Below, piece by piece: positions 12,405-25,986 of a DNA stretch of 64,000 bases. Numbering within the stretch: position 1 is the first letter of the stretch; each line of letters starts with the position of its first letter. The translations under genes were made by a program, and so were the position numbers. This DNA comes from Phoronis australis (lineage: Eukaryota > Animalia > Phoronida), in assembly GCA_002633005.1 (NCBI GenBank), contig NMRA01000509.1:33648-97647 (forward strand). Direction: 5' to 3'. The notes under the pieces were generated by a model. It was not told where the DNA came from and did no database searches. It saw only the letters and a list, made by a program, of their open reading frames with translations.

Positions 12405-15400
12405 TAGTTCTGGTTTGTGAATCATTTCGTACTTGTTGACCCCTAGTTATTATTATTATTATAGTTATCAACATCAAAAACATTGATTTTCTCTTGAAAA
12501 ACCTTAGCACTTGGCAATTTCCGTCCAGTTTGTACCCATGGGCCTACATATATGGTCGTCCTTAACGAGGAATTACGAGACCAGTTGACCTTGGCTGGTT
12601 GTTATTATCGCAATATAGACCTTACAGAGATCGACTTGGGCAAACGACGTTTTATCATAGATCACCAATGAGCAGGTTTTGTTTTGTAGGTCTTTGTGTG
12701 TTGTGTGAAAATAACAGAAGAATAGCGCAAAGACAATAGTTTACTTATGAATCCATCTGCGTAACCAGATAGCCAATCACTTTGAGATTCGCTCAGTGTG
12801 TTGTCCGTTGGGGATAATGTTTGAGGCATGCCGTGAATTTACAATGAAATAATTGACCGCCCAGAGTGATCTTTAGCGATTTTAGACTGAGTTAGGAACT
12901 TGGAAATTCTCGGATCAAACTGTTCCGAAGGCACTGTCAAATCTTGGGAAACAGGGGCCCCAGCACAGTCTTCGTTGGAAAACGTCAGCGTAGGCCAAGA
13001 TATCTGCAAGGTGCATTGTTTTTTTTTCTTTTTCTTTTGTCCGTGGCGGAAAGATCCGAACACTGCAACCCCTAAAGCCCCCTATGGAATCATGACGCGC
13101 GTGCGTGTTCAGCGTGGAGGCGTTAGAGATCTCCAGTGTCGAGTCATTGCTGAGCAAAAATCTTGTTTTGTCGGACATCAGTTTGTTTGATTGCAGCTCC
13201 TAATGTAAACATTTTGCCGTTATCATTGACATGTATAGCAATTTAAGAAAGTGGCGAACAAATACCTTCTCCCTGCTGGGGCATTACACAATCAGTCCTA
13301 CTAATATTTGCCCATTGCAAATATTAGTCAGTCGGAAGTTATCTCCTTGAGGAGTCGGCAAAATATGAATAGAAATACTTTCAGGTGATTTTATTCGACA
13401 CGCGGTCATTGTCACGAGCTGAGAACTACTTGTTATGTATAGGGGCTTGATCTGTTGCCGCGGAGGTGTTCTTTATCTGTACGACGGCCCCTCATAATCC
13501 TCGTCATTTGTCGTCTACAGGGACTCCACGCGGGTGAACTTTTAATCCCAGTTCTTTGAGTACACTCGAGAGATTCTTGCTCTAAAAGATGATTTAAATC
13601 GTAACCTGAGCTCCGCGTTTGTGTGCTTTTGTACTCAGTAGCCGCACGTGTAAGTGTCCTCTACTTTGAATTTTCAACTAAGACAACTTGCGGCAAGGCC
13701 GGGAGGAGAAAGAGACTGAATTTGAAATACACGGAAGTGCGGACTACGCGACTAGACCGTGTTGATTGTGACCGATGATAAGCAAGTAAACAGTTTATGA
13801 CGGTGCGTGATGTGTAATTTATGTTCATCTTATACCTTTTGGCTGTCAGGCAGCGACTGTTAGCGATCGATAATGCGAGTTGAGCGGCACGTTGTGAAAA
13901 ATAATGCGCACGGAAATCAACGACTGAACTCGTGGCTTCGTTAACATGCGCTAAACGTAGACGAGAGAACAAAAGCTCGTGGTTAGTTTACAAAGGGATC
14001 GTCTGTTGAGTATCGGCTTTTTAAGGAACCCAACCCTCAGTGTTCGAAGCTGACAAAACGTCATTGACAATGCATTCAGCTCATTAGCTGTTCGTGAGAC
14101 AAAAGTGTCCGCGTGTGCCTTCCGATCAATATCTGTTCACTGACACTGTAAACCGCGTTCCATAAACTGCGATTGCGTCTCATAATCGGGACGCTTTCTT
14201 AAGGATAACTATTGGCACAGTTCAAAGGGATACGACTAAATCAGCTCTCTTATGTCACACCTCAAGGGGTATTGCGTCGGAATAATGACTCACCCAGCGG
14301 GCGCTCATTAATCAGGAAACCTGTGGATTTCGATATAAATTTACAACGGGAATCATAGACAACGCCTGCACCACTGTGTGACAACACGATCATTCAAAAT
14401 GTCACTTCGTAGGCATTCGACAGAAAACCCAGCACGCAGACTCTTCCGCCGATTGTCGTTACGGTTCTCCAGCATCGGATCGTCCATAGGTAGGGAATGC
14501 ACGTACTTGTTCACAAATAACATGTTTCTGTAAACGGGGAGTCATTGGGATCAATCATCTTGTAGCGGTCTTGTTCCGGGCACTTTCGTTATATTCACAG
14601 TCTGAACGTTTAGTTTCACGTACAATATATACGAAAATAAAACCGATCTGGGTAAGTATATGCCTTCTGTATCCTACTGATAAAATAATCTCATCTGCAA
14701 GATTTATTTTGTACAGGAACTCATCGTTGGAGTGAACTGCCAATAGATTTATACTGATCGTTGGTTCTATACTACTCGGGCAATAACTGTAATTTTGGGT
14801 GAATTGTTCAATTTCTTTTTTGCTTCCAAAATTGTTGTGCAGTTCTGGGGAAATTCAAGTAAAATGAAATTAATCTCTCGTCATCTCTTAGATCGGCACA
14901 TTTCATAGGTGGGGTTGTTATGCCAATAAAAAAGCGTTTTTTCGCTGCTTTTTCAAAGCTGCTGTGACGGACTTTCAGCTAGAGTTTGTGCAGAGTCCGT
15001 AAGCATATCGAGTCCTGATAAATGTCCCCTTGGTGTTTCTTATCTTGGCATTGGATTATTGATTTACGCTGAGCTGACTTCCAGACATTGCTTGAGGTTC
15101 ACCAGCAAACTCCCATATTCACTGACCGATCAATAGCATCTTGGTCCATGTCTGTTGTACACAGGCATACAGTGGTCATCAACCGGCCACTGGAACTATT
15201 TTTACCATCAATTGATTAACCTCGAAATGCAAACCACGCGCGGCAGCTATTCGTGTGTCTACTGCAGTTACGATGTTCAGCCGCATTTTTTTAACTATCA
15301 CCCTTATAGTTTTGGGATATCCATAGGAATACCGCCACGTGCACAACGCTTTCCAGCTGGCCAGCGAGCCAACGCGTGGTCGTGTCCAACATGATAGAAA

Positions 15401-15589
15401 TGCAACTGCGATGACTTTGTACTGGTGGTGGTGATCAAATTACGGATACCGTCTATTATAGTCAATTATAATATTGTGAAAGCGTTTATATTCCCAGCGA
15501 CGCAAGGGTCATTGTCGATCTGAATATTAAATATTGTTGAAACGTTTAGACAGCTTCTTCAAAGCGAAATGTGTTGTGTGAGGAATAAC

Positions 15590-16520
15590 ATTGTTCGACC
15601 GTTCTCTAATCGAACGGTTCGCCACCGCTCCGATGGTTCACTACTCTGAAGGCTCGCTATTTCGAAAATATTCACAATTTCGATTTCAGGAGATTTTCAA
15701 ATTTCTATATTAAGAAATGCACAAAGTTTTATGCTGTGGTGTACCTACCGAAAACAACGCCCTGCCCCTAACAAGGGCGACGCACCATAAGGGGCTGGGT
15801 AGCTGGGGGGTAGTCCCCCAATTTATTTCATTGCTGCGCCGCCCATGACTAATGGATACGCAAAAATGAGTGTGTGCTTGCAGTTTTAAAAGAATACGAA
15901 GTAGGTCTATAAATGAATTATGAACCACGGTACGTTCATAAAATCCATGTCCCGATCGCACCATTTCACGACAGAAAAAAATTTATCGGCGCTGCGAATC
16001 AATCTAATGCACTCAATGCTAACCACCTGAACAGCCGGGTTGAAACTACCGTCAATCTTCTAGTATACACTGGGCTCTTATAAACGCTTCTCTCGATAGA
16101 AGCCTAATTTTTGGTACGCTGAAATTAATAAATGCCGAGTCTCTAACAGAGACCCCAGCTTGAGATCGTATAGTGTACAACTTTAGAGCGGACGATTGCA
16201 AAAGCGATTTTTGCTTGCCATCAGGTCTACCATGAGTTGGCCTGCCGCAGGACCGAAGTAACTGACGCGGCGCCTCTAGTAAACGTCCCTCTCTAACGGA
16301 TCCGCACCTAGAGCTCAGTGGAAAAATAAATACTGCCACCACAATTACATGGTTCACAGTGCACGTACGTAGTAAGCAATTCTGCCCCTTTTAGCCTTCA
16401 CGAAATGAACACCCACAGAGTAGTTAGTGCGTTTGAGTCTCGTCTCAAAAACTGACACTCAGAGCAGTGAACTTTCGCAGTAGTGAACCTCAGAGTGATG
16501 GACCTTCAAAGTACCATTTG
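15590..16520. mobile_element. Possible old MITE with inverted subterminal GGTTCACTACTCTGAA-type repeats
   Basis: GGTTCGCC/GGTTCACTACTCTGAAGG units near 15617-15660 and complementary CAGAGCAGTGAAC/GTAGTGAACCT units near 16460-16515. Confidence 0.35.
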
Positions 16521-17485
16521 ACAGGTAAACGTTGTTTTGTAAAGATTATGAATTAGGGATTAGAACAAGCGTTTCATTGGTTGCACCTGATTGATTCCGC
16601 CGGTTCCGCTGTCCGATTCGCTTAATAGCCGGAAGTCGTCATCGATCACTAACGAGAGAACATGGCCGCGGGTTGACCCGACGGAACCGGCGAATTCAAT
16701 CAATTGTCCCCAAAGACACATATGGTTAAAAGTTTTCTCGCGTTTTGAACACGCCTGTTCACGTCAGACAAAAGAACGGTGAATCGCTGTGATCACATTG
16801 TGAGGCGATGCAATACGTATTCACATATTGATCGTAATGGGGGCAATGTTTATTGTGTTTGTATTAGGTGTGCAGGCAAAGGAAATCATCTTTCGGTTTC
16901 AGTGTTGCTGTTACAAACCTGATCGAATATGCCTGGGAGATGTTTTTCGTGACAGGAGCTTCCAGTAATAAACATAATAAACTCTAAGGAACAAATGGTA
17001 GGCGATTGAAAAAGAAGTTAAAATAACAACGTATGGTAGTCTAGGCCTAAAAAATCAAACGATGTCTTTAAAAATCGGAGTAAAGCAGCCCTTCTTCTTT
17101 GGTGATAGATGCTTAGGCAGTCCAGAACATGTCTCCGGTTTCTTGTCGGTTACTTTGTAGTTCGAGCTGGCTTGTTTCTGTTTCCGAGTCGTTTCGTGTA
17201 TAAAGGAAATGAGATCTATAGATGTCATTTGGTTGATTAAACATTGGGAGATATTGTGTGTTGATTTAACTGAGCTGTCAAATGAAAGTCTTGCAAAAGG
17301 TTGCTTAGAAACCGGCAAAATATGATTGACAATCACCATTTGCAAAAAACAAAAAGTCACATAATTGACATAAAGTCTCAACTTTTTTCATTGGACAATT
17401 GAGAGGGGGTATGTAGTCACGGGACCCACCCTAGGCCGCCGACAAATAAAGTGAAACGGAAATAAATTTTGGCATTCACTTTGTC

Positions 17486-17486
<1 letters not shown>

Positions 17487-17530
<44 letters not shown>

Positions 17531-17539
17531 TGTGTGTGC
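17487..17539. repeat. (GT)n microsatellite
   Basis: About 25 GT units with one interruption. Confidence 0.95.
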
Positions 17540-17901
17540 GCGCTCGCACGCGTTTGCAAACACCATGAAAGGCGTGTGTGCGTGCTTGAGCAGACATCAC
17601 AAAATCGAAAATGCTCGGCTCTCCTCATGATATCCACATCCGCGACTGCATCTACTTTTGACTCACGGAACTGAAACGACACTAGGCAGGTGAAGGTGCA
17701 AGCTCGTTGGCAACCCACTGAGCTGTTGATGAAAACGCCGGGATGTAATCTCTTGGTTGGATTGTGTTTAGTCTAGTTGAGCAATAAGAGCGTGTATTGC
17801 GCTGAGCTTGACAACAACCTATGTCGACATTTTAACCTCGTTGTTTACTCCTAAAGTAACCATACAAAAATATAGTTTCCAGGTCGTAGCGGCCGACATT
17901 G

Positions 17902-17940
17902 TTTACAGCACTGGCAGGTTTAACCTGCCAGTGCTGTAAA
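17902..17940. other. Perfect 39-bp inverted repeat (19-bp arms, 1-nt spacer)
   Basis: TTTACAGCACTGGCAGGTT-T-AACCTGCCAGTGCTGTAAA. Confidence 0.9.
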
Positions 17941-20690
17941 ATAGTTATAACCGTTATAACAATTTTGGATTCAAAATTCTAATAGCAAAATGTCTGAGCC
18001 ACCTTACTAACTTCCCTGACAATTCCCCTTCATTCTCAGTCACACGAGAAGAATAGTTTGGCGAAGAAAAGTGCCCAGAATTTACGAGTAACTTGCCCCA
18101 TTGTGGCATAGGAGTGCGGACTATAAGGGGCTGCGGAAGACTTCATGGAGGAGGCTAGGGTTTGCTAGTGGTCCTAATTAGCAATAAATAATTTTCCCAT
18201 TCCTCTGAAAATGGATACTGTCAAGTGCACTTGTGTTCTGACATCCTAGATTTGCCTATGATCTGCGTGTAGCGTAATGCTCACACAAGCCCGGCAGAAA
18301 ACGTTTCGTTTATCCGCACGAGTCAAGTCAGTTCCTATCTTTGACCAAGGTAGACATGTAAATAAAAGAATCTCGCTACTAGTGTGTCATGCATGGCGAT
18401 TATTCACGAATTCTTGAGTGTTCTTGCATTTTAGCGAGATTCTCACGTCTGCGGAAGCGGAACGCATGTCTAGTCAGTGAACAAAACGATGTACAGTAAG
18501 AACAGCCGAACTAAGATCAGTTTTAAGATCCCAGATTCAGTTTCACAACGTGTCAAATTGCGAGTGAACGGGCCTATAAGCATGACTGCAATATGAGAAC
18601 TTGCCTGCACATTTACATCACTGAAGTTAGAAAGTATTTGTATACTTCATTATTGTTTAAGACTAATGTTAATTATGTAAACACATTAATTTTGTGCCCG
18701 AATAACCTGGCTGTCAATCAAATACCTGCCTGCACAAACACGAGACATAGGAAATGCTANTTGCGGGACACTTACGTCACAGGATCCGGTAGAGATAACG
18801 TAAAGGTAATTGTTGGTACTAACATACACTTGCATTATATATTTTTACCCGGCTGCTTTAAGAAAAGCCCGAATGTGAAAAGTTTCTCTGGAAATTACTA
18901 CACGGTTCGAAGTAACCATGGACTACGTGAACGAAGGAGTGGACCTTGTATTAGTATTCCGAGACTCGCACTTATGCAGTATGAGTGTCCTCGTCTGGTG
19001 TCTCTCTACGTGGTGTAGCAATTGGCTTACTAATAAATAAACACAGAGCAGGTTCCCACGACAAAATGAAGCAGAACCACATGTTTTCGCGATTATAGCT
19101 TTGGGTACTCGCCACAGGTCAACTAAAATAGCGAAACAAAATGCATTTATTAAAGTAAGACACTGTGGCAACCCCTGTCAAACTCTTTGACGTGTGGTGC
19201 GCTATAAAGGGGAAATGTTGTTATAATTTCGTATGTTCTCCATTCAAACGTTGGCTCGACGATTTCTAAAAGCAGTGCAATTTATAACGTGTCGGTTTGC
19301 CTGTAAATTGGAATTGCTGGCGATAGTTTGCGTTCAAAATATGTTTGCTGCAACCCAACCGACACAGGCTGTACATTTATTTCATTCCACTACTTGCAGT
19401 AATGACAATCGGTGCAGATTGTTTTGTGTTTGGTTTCATTGGGTTCCGAAAACATGCACTTAAATCAGGCGCAATTTAATTTATACTCAGGTATCCACTG
19501 GTCAGTGACCTCTAAGTTGTTTTGTTTAGTATTACGTCTTACTGCCAACTGACACATAGATAGGTATGTGTTATTTCTGATATACCAGTCAAAATCCACC
19601 ATTACTCGCTGTATTCTCTCCATCACTGTGCAACACTGATATACGGGATACATTTACAGTGAAAGTCTGATGAAAATGTAAATTCACGCAGACTTTTTTT
19701 CTTCTCTACTCGTGTTTTGTATGCCTTCATCGTGTGATGGGCATGATTGTGTTAACATTACCACGAGGGGACTTGCTCGATTATTGATTTTTTGAATCTT
19801 GTGAAAGCGTACATGGTCTAAGCAATGCTCCATTTACGTGGAATGAGAAAACATAAATTGACAGTTTTGTCCACGCCTCTAATAGGGTTATCGACTAGCA
19901 ATTTGTGTGACTAATGGTTGTTACTACATTATGTATACGACGTTTCCAATTTTCGCACGCTTTCATCCTTTTTAAACTGCAAACATCATTTGTTCATACG
20001 ACTGGGTAAAGAGATCCCATGTTTTTTTAGCCACCTTAGTTACGCTTGTAATCTTTTCGCTCCAACTTGATAGCGTGACGTCACTAGTTCCGAAACGCCA
20101 CGTTAATCCTTATGAATTAAATGCACATGGAAACTGCGTTTCCTAAAAAGCACGTTAATAAGTGTCCACGCAAATGTTCTTGAAGAACAGTTCTTCAGCG
20201 GATGCACTTAGGCGTAAGGGTGGTCAGAAACCGTGAAGGAAATGTTAAATCTGCGTTTTTAAATGAAACCTCTTCCGAACTGGATCGTGTAATGTGTGTG
20301 CATTGAACTTGGAAAAATCTGCTGAACAGGGACTAGAACAGATGGTACGCCTTTGGGCATTTCAAACTGAACATTCCTTGACAACATGCATGGCAAGTGG
20401 ACAAAGGATTATGGGTGAAAAGGTTCATATTTTCACATCCCCATTTGAAGTGGAAATATCCCTTAACATGGGCTATAGCCCCCATTTTTTTCTGTGCTAC
20501 GCCGCACATGACCTATTAGCAGTGCACCACAGGGGACTGAGGGGGCTTTCGCCCTCCACTTTTTTCAGTGCTGCACCGCCCATGCTAAAGTGTAAATTCT
20601 GGTTTGTTTCAACGTTTATTCATGTGGCAGGGCCTAATCAAATTTCGGTACGGTTGGGAAACAAGTCAAGAAATTCTTCGTTTTTTTCAG

Positions 20691-23026
20691 ATTTACCGTA
20701 CACGAAACGTCCAGAGCCAGGGAAATGTCTCTTGTCAGACGCGGACAACCAATCGGAAAGGGCACCGGAAGTGACGTTACACACGAATTCGAATGTCTCG
20801 CCGCGGAATCACCGCCATCAAAAATTTCTGGTCCCAGATGTTCTACCAAAAGGCAGTGACTGTTCGCACGGGGACGTAAACAGAAACGGTGGAGACTACG
20901 TATCAAACGATAGTCATGTCAACCGGCAACTTGAAGAAGGTAGCCACACTTTGCCGAAACGATATTCATTCCGAAAGCCGCGACCAGCGCCCCCGCCGCC
21001 TCCAAAATCAGACGAGACGCGAAGTTCCACGCCAAAACTCAACATTGGTCCATCGGGCACTGGTATGTTTTCATCTCCAAATTACAAGGGAAGTATCCAG
21101 TCGATTAGCGTGGTCCCTTTGGCCACGTCTACTCCGTCCAGGGAAGACGTATTTAGACCGACGGTGACGTCCCGGCAAAGCTTAAAACAGGAACACTTCG
21201 CAACTCCGACGAAGCCTGGCAGAAGGAAAAAACGCAGTTCCAATTCGGGAATAACCGAATCCAGTTCAAGTTCAAGCGTGCGAAGCTCTCCCCCCACCTT
21301 GCCCCGACGACCGCCGCCAAAACCTCCTCGCAGTTTTACTTACAAGCGCGCATCACGTGCCAGCGGCAGCGAAACGACATTTCTTGCGGACATGCCGACA
21401 ATAGATATGAGCATTGGGTCATACTTGGAACACTCCGACCACATGGAAATTTACGAGAATTTGTCTTTTGCGATGAGGAGCAAGCGACTTTGGCAAGTGC
21501 TGTCGATCACAAAGGACCTCCTCATCGATCGCTTAGATCCGCAAATAATAATGTGCCGGCTATCGGAACGTCGGCTGATCACGATGGATGAGGAAAACCA
21601 GGTGTACAGCCGGCTCAACAAGATGGCAATGAACCAGGCCGTTTTAGACGCCTTGCTAGGTAAAGGAGATGACGACTTCGACGAGTTTTGCGCCTGTCTA
21701 CGGGAAGACGAGTGCCACCACGCCCTGGCGGATGTGTTGGACGTCGTCAATGAGATCTTCAAAATAGTTGCAGGTGCAAAGCACTACGAGGGTACGCTCA
21801 AACTGGGAGAAGGCGTTGTTCTCTTGGGGAATAACATTAACTGTGACGTGAGTTATTTCGATCGCGTAACGGGTCGTAAACGACCTGTGACTGAACTGGA
21901 CGACACTAAAAGCATGCTGAGCGTAACTTTTGAGTCAAGTCTAGATGAAATGTGCTCTTCTCCGTCATTTTCCATTGGTAGTGATCGCCTAATGCCGATC
22001 ATTACCGTCGATATATTCGAACAGAAGTTGTACGGAGAACAAATATCGGCTCTGGCAGATCTTTTGAAAAAACATGTGCTCATATCAGAGTTTTCGATAG
22101 CTAAAGGTGGTTTGGACAGTGCAACTACATCAATACTTTCCGAAGTTCTTGAATACAACGATAGTCTTTTGAAATTAGACATTCGTTTAAACCCGACAAG
22201 CAACGACGGGGTTCATTATATTGCCAAAGCGTTGAAAAGTAACTCTACGTTAAAATCTCTCAATCTCAGTCACACAAGTTTAGTATCAGGCGCTGCTCAC
22301 GAGCTCTTGGACATGCTTATTAGCAACGAGGTTCTTGAGGATTTGGACCTGAGCTTCAACGAATTAGATGATAAGGACTGCAAGTTTCTCGCGCGTGCGA
22401 TTGAAGGGAATCGTTGTCTGCACAGCCTACGCGCGCGCTGCAACGCCATCTCGGCACCGGGGTGTCGCGACATCTTTAAGGCGTTGTGTTTCAACAAACA
22501 TCTGGTTATTCTGGATATCAGCAGCAATGATATCGGAGACGATGGTGCCGCAGCTCTCTCAGTTAGCTTACCAAAGGTGCAGGGCCTGAAAGAGCTTAAC
22601 CTGGAGAAATGTAAAATTGGTGCTTCCGGGGCCGTTAAAATTGCCGATGGTCTTCAGCGCAATAACTGCATCGAGAATCTAGACTTCAGCATGAATTCCA
22701 TTTGTGACGAGGGCGCATGCGCTTTCGCCAACATGCTATTAGTGAACTCTTCTTTGGTTTCTCTTAGCATGAATATGTGCGCCATATGTCGCCCGGGCTT
22801 TTCGAAATTGGTCGATAGCCTTGACGAGAATGAATCTCTTCGTGTGTTAAAAGTATGTTTCAACAACCTGGCGGCCAAAAACCCCGAAGTCTTTGCCGAA
22901 ATGTCGCCCGCTTCTCCAAGTCAGGTGCCCATGGCGGAGCCCGATCCGCTGCTTAACCGAGTTCAGGAAATCTTGTCAAGGAGAGACATTCAAGTTCTTC
23001 TTTGGGGAAGTCGCCTTGACAACTGA
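20691..23026 (+). CDS. Large terminal exon of a Pro-rich + CARD-like + RI-type LRR protein (NLR-like architecture without NACHT)
   Basis: Part of the 910-aa ORF. Polypyrimidine acceptor TTCTTCGTTTTTTTCAG ends at 20690 (phase 1). Pro-rich motifs RKPRPAPPPPPK and PTLPRRPPPKPPR. CARD-like helical segment about 21473-21745 (LWQVLSITKDLLIDRLDPQIIMCRLSERRLITMDEENQV...LDALLGKGDDDFDEFCACLRE...HALADVL). About 9-10 28-residue LxxLxLxxNxI repeats about 22050-22870 (e.g. LKSLNLSHTSL, LEDLDLSFNEL, LVILDISSNDI, IENLDFSMNSI). Stop TGA at 23024-23026. 5' exon(s) not identified with certainty. Confidence 0.88.
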
Positions 23027-24584
23027 AAACCCCACGTGAGATTGTGCCGCGAGTGGCACTTTCATCCAGAAATCGACAGTAAACTCGCAGTAAAGGGAAA
23101 CCTCCGGGACACTTGGTATTGCCGTTGTCCTGGGCCATTGTTATGCAGAAGTTTGAGGCAGTATTTTCTAACTCATAGAGTGAGTGGTGCGTGTTAATTT
23201 GTCGAAAATCCTGTCACGGAGATCTGGACCATTAAGATATTATGTGTTCAACATCTTCCAAGGTGCGTTGATTACCCAGACGTCTTATACATGTCCTAAC
23301 TATGAACTTGGTTTTTTGAACGGAATGCCTACTGGAACAAATATGCTCTCCAATGCTTTTTTGGTGAATCAGTGGCTGTACTTCTAGGTATCAAGTACCC
23401 AACTGGTATATTCCCAACTGGTACTGGGAAGTTTTGAAAAGACCCCCCTGTTCTTGAAGTTAGTATAAAACGGCCAATGCCTAAGGGATTTAACAATTTG
23501 GAAGATTTTAGTGCACTGTAGGAAATTGCAACTAGTTTCCAACCGCGTTAGTTGTTGAATAGATGTTTTTAGTTTTCACTGGCATAACGTAGCTAATCAC
23601 TTTGCCAAGATATATAAGATTGTAGTTTTATCTCTTGTTGTCTGCATTTACTATAGGTAACAGCGCAGAGTGCAGGTAATGTACTGCAGTCACTGATGGC
23701 ATCCAGCCGAATCGGCTGCGCTTTTGTTACATCCATCTGACGGGCCTAATCCCACTTTCGCCAGACGAAGTGGTTGCGTCTTGAACGTACGTTGGCAACT
23801 CGTGAATTTTAGGAATTCTCACGGGACCTGTTCGCTGATTCAGCGCAGCAATAAAATCGAAGAAGGCCCTATACTTATTAAAGCTGCGCTCCACCGCCTC
23901 GGGCTTGCTTCCTACTAAGCTGAGAAGGAAATCCGGCGAACACGCATCCGAGTCGTTATTAGGCTAATCGAAACCATCCTCAGGCATAAAAATTACGTGC
24001 CGTGACTTGTCAACTTGTTGCTGATTGTGTCAACATGTCTGTTCTTCCAGGAACAGAACTTTAACCACTTGGGCAAGGGTTTAGTTCAGATCAATTTCTA
24101 ACTTCCGGTCTAAATCGGAAGTTGTGTTATGAAAGGCACGATTTTGGAGTGAGTTTTAAACAAGGTCCCTCTAATACGGTCCTGTTTCTAATTGTTAAGA
24201 ATTTTATTCGTTGCACTATAAACTGCGCACTCCGTTTAAATTCAGTTATTGTCATCGATGTCCAACAATGACCTTTTTACGGTGAGAGGTTTGTGAGGTG
24301 TCCGCCATCCAGGACACCTGTTGGTAGAAAATGTAGGTGTATGCTCCCTGGTTTCATTGATTGCTTTTGTTCTGCGGCGGGCGGCAACCTTCCCACAATC
24401 CTTTGTAATTACTGCCACCAACCTACATGTACAGAGGTCATTGGTGTATATTAAAACTGTATACCCGGTGTATTCATCATACGTTCATCATGTCACATGT
24501 GATGTGTTATTGATACTGTTGTTGTACTTGGTTTCGTTTCTTTTAATTAATACAAAACTGTTATGAAGAGTTCATCTCACCTGT

Positions 24585-24590
24585 AATAAA
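24585..24590 (+). terminator. Candidate polyadenylation signal (AATAAA) of the CARD-LRR gene
   Basis: AATAAA about 1.5 kb after the stop codon, at the end of a T-rich UTR-like stretch and before the converging lectin A 3' end. Confidence 0.3.
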
Positions 24591-24673
24591 TTCTGAAGGC
24601 GAACAGTGAGGCATCAGAATGTGCCAGAAACCCAATGCAACGCGAGGTACATGTTGAAAACGAGTACATGTAA

Positions 24674-24783
24674 CAGTGGCGGATTTAGAAGGGGGCCAAA
24701 GGGTTCATGCCCCCCACCGTAAAACTCCCAGATTCCATTTGACAGTGGGCGGGGGTACGGATGTCTGACGGGCAANGCCCCTG
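24674..24783. mobile_element. hAT-type MITE (CAGTGGCGGAT family)
   Basis: CAGTGGCGGATTTAGAAGGGGG ... GCCCCTG. The interior ATTCCATTTGACAGT...GATGTCTGACG resembles the copy at 62001. Confidence 0.65.
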
Positions 24784-25732
24784 AGTACGTCACTTTATTA
24801 CGAAAGAATCCCACCAATTCTAGGGAAAAATAAGTGTTAAGTTTCACTTTTCATTTTACAAATCTTCTTAACATTGTTCTGAAGGTTCTCAACATTTCCG
24901 ACGATGCTTGTGGATATGGTATACATCGCACAGCGCATCAACCTAGGCCAATAACACACCCATATAAAAACTCGTGTAGTTTAACATATATTTACATAGC
25001 GTTACAAGGGGCAGGGTATCAGCCTCTACTTTCCGAACACTAAAAACGCAATGCGGGACCTGTTGTTCTTAGGCCTTGGGAATATTTTCGGGTTTTTGAT
25101 TCTAGTTCTAATTGTGCTTACACCTTGCAAACCCTAGAATCTGTCAGTAATCTACTTAGGCAGACACGGCAGTAAGATGTGCACACAGCCACAGTGTACA
25201 TCAAAGTCTTTAGGAGAAACTTTTTAACTCAAAATTGCCCGCCCTCGAACACATCAGATGCCATCACATGAAATTTGTTAGAGACTTTAGTCACGGACTC
25301 ATTAGCATTTTGAGAGTTCGGGCTCAGTGGCCGTTGTTTGGATGTATTTTTTAAACTACCAACACACAACATAATGCAACGATACGATAAGTTTATTCCG
25401 CATTTCAAATACAAATAGTTACATGTACTAAGGCGAAGGAAATGTGATACAGAACGCATGGAATATATACCGAGTAACAACGTAGTCATGAGACGATATT
25501 AACTTTAAGCACAAAAGGAACTCATCAAATTAATGAAAAGAATATCAATTCCAATTTTTGGACAATAATTTTCTCCTACGGCCATGACCGTGTACTTTTC
25601 TTCTGTGATAACGTCATCAAACGGAGACGAAAACCTCTTAAGTTAAGTTTTCGTCACATACTCGCCCTTCGGTCGTGTCATTTATGATACTTTAACTCCC
25701 CCAACACGCCAGACGGCTGCTCTACGGAGTAC

Positions 25733-25986
25733 TTAATGAATAAGAGCAGATTTTTCACAAATAAAGCCAGTGCCTTTATTCTTATACTTATTATATCCAC
25801 AGGGAAGGTCATGCCATCTCCAGAGGTCATCCCCATAGTAGATCAAGCACTGGGTACCTCCGCCGGGTTCCCCGGGACTCCAGGGACGATAATTCCCGAA
25901 TTGCTGTCCTGTGGAATCCCATATCCAATGATTGTTACGACTAAGGTCATTTCCACTTGTCCAAAATGCAATCAAACTCGATGATT
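25733..25986 (-). CDS. C-type lectin A, exon 3 (C-terminal half of CTLD, EPG/WHD motifs)
   Basis: Acceptor TTTTTTCAG, phase 1. FWTSGNDL...WIW...WSPGEPGGGTQCL...WRWHDLPC...FICEK, then stop TAA. The three exons sum to 597 nt, an intact 198-aa protein. Confidence 0.92.

Noticed and set aside
12900-13010. Possible internal exon of the CARD-LRR gene (LEILGSNCSEG...DICK|GTGCAT)
   Set aside because: Weak donor, phase 0 in the open frame (incompatible with direct splicing to the phase-1 acceptor), and no ATG.
17388-17718. HT- and CV-repeat ORFs
   Set aside because: Translations of the (GT)n microsatellite.
20294-20690. First about 132 codons of the 910-aa ORF
   Set aside because: Starts at GTG, has non-protein-like composition, contains a MITE-like G/C-run segment (about 20505-20584) and ends in a strong splice acceptor. 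Most likely intron that is open by chance.
20634-22878. Several antisense/alternate-frame ORFs within the CARD-LRR exon
   Set aside because: Shadows of the real coding frame with no recognisable motifs.
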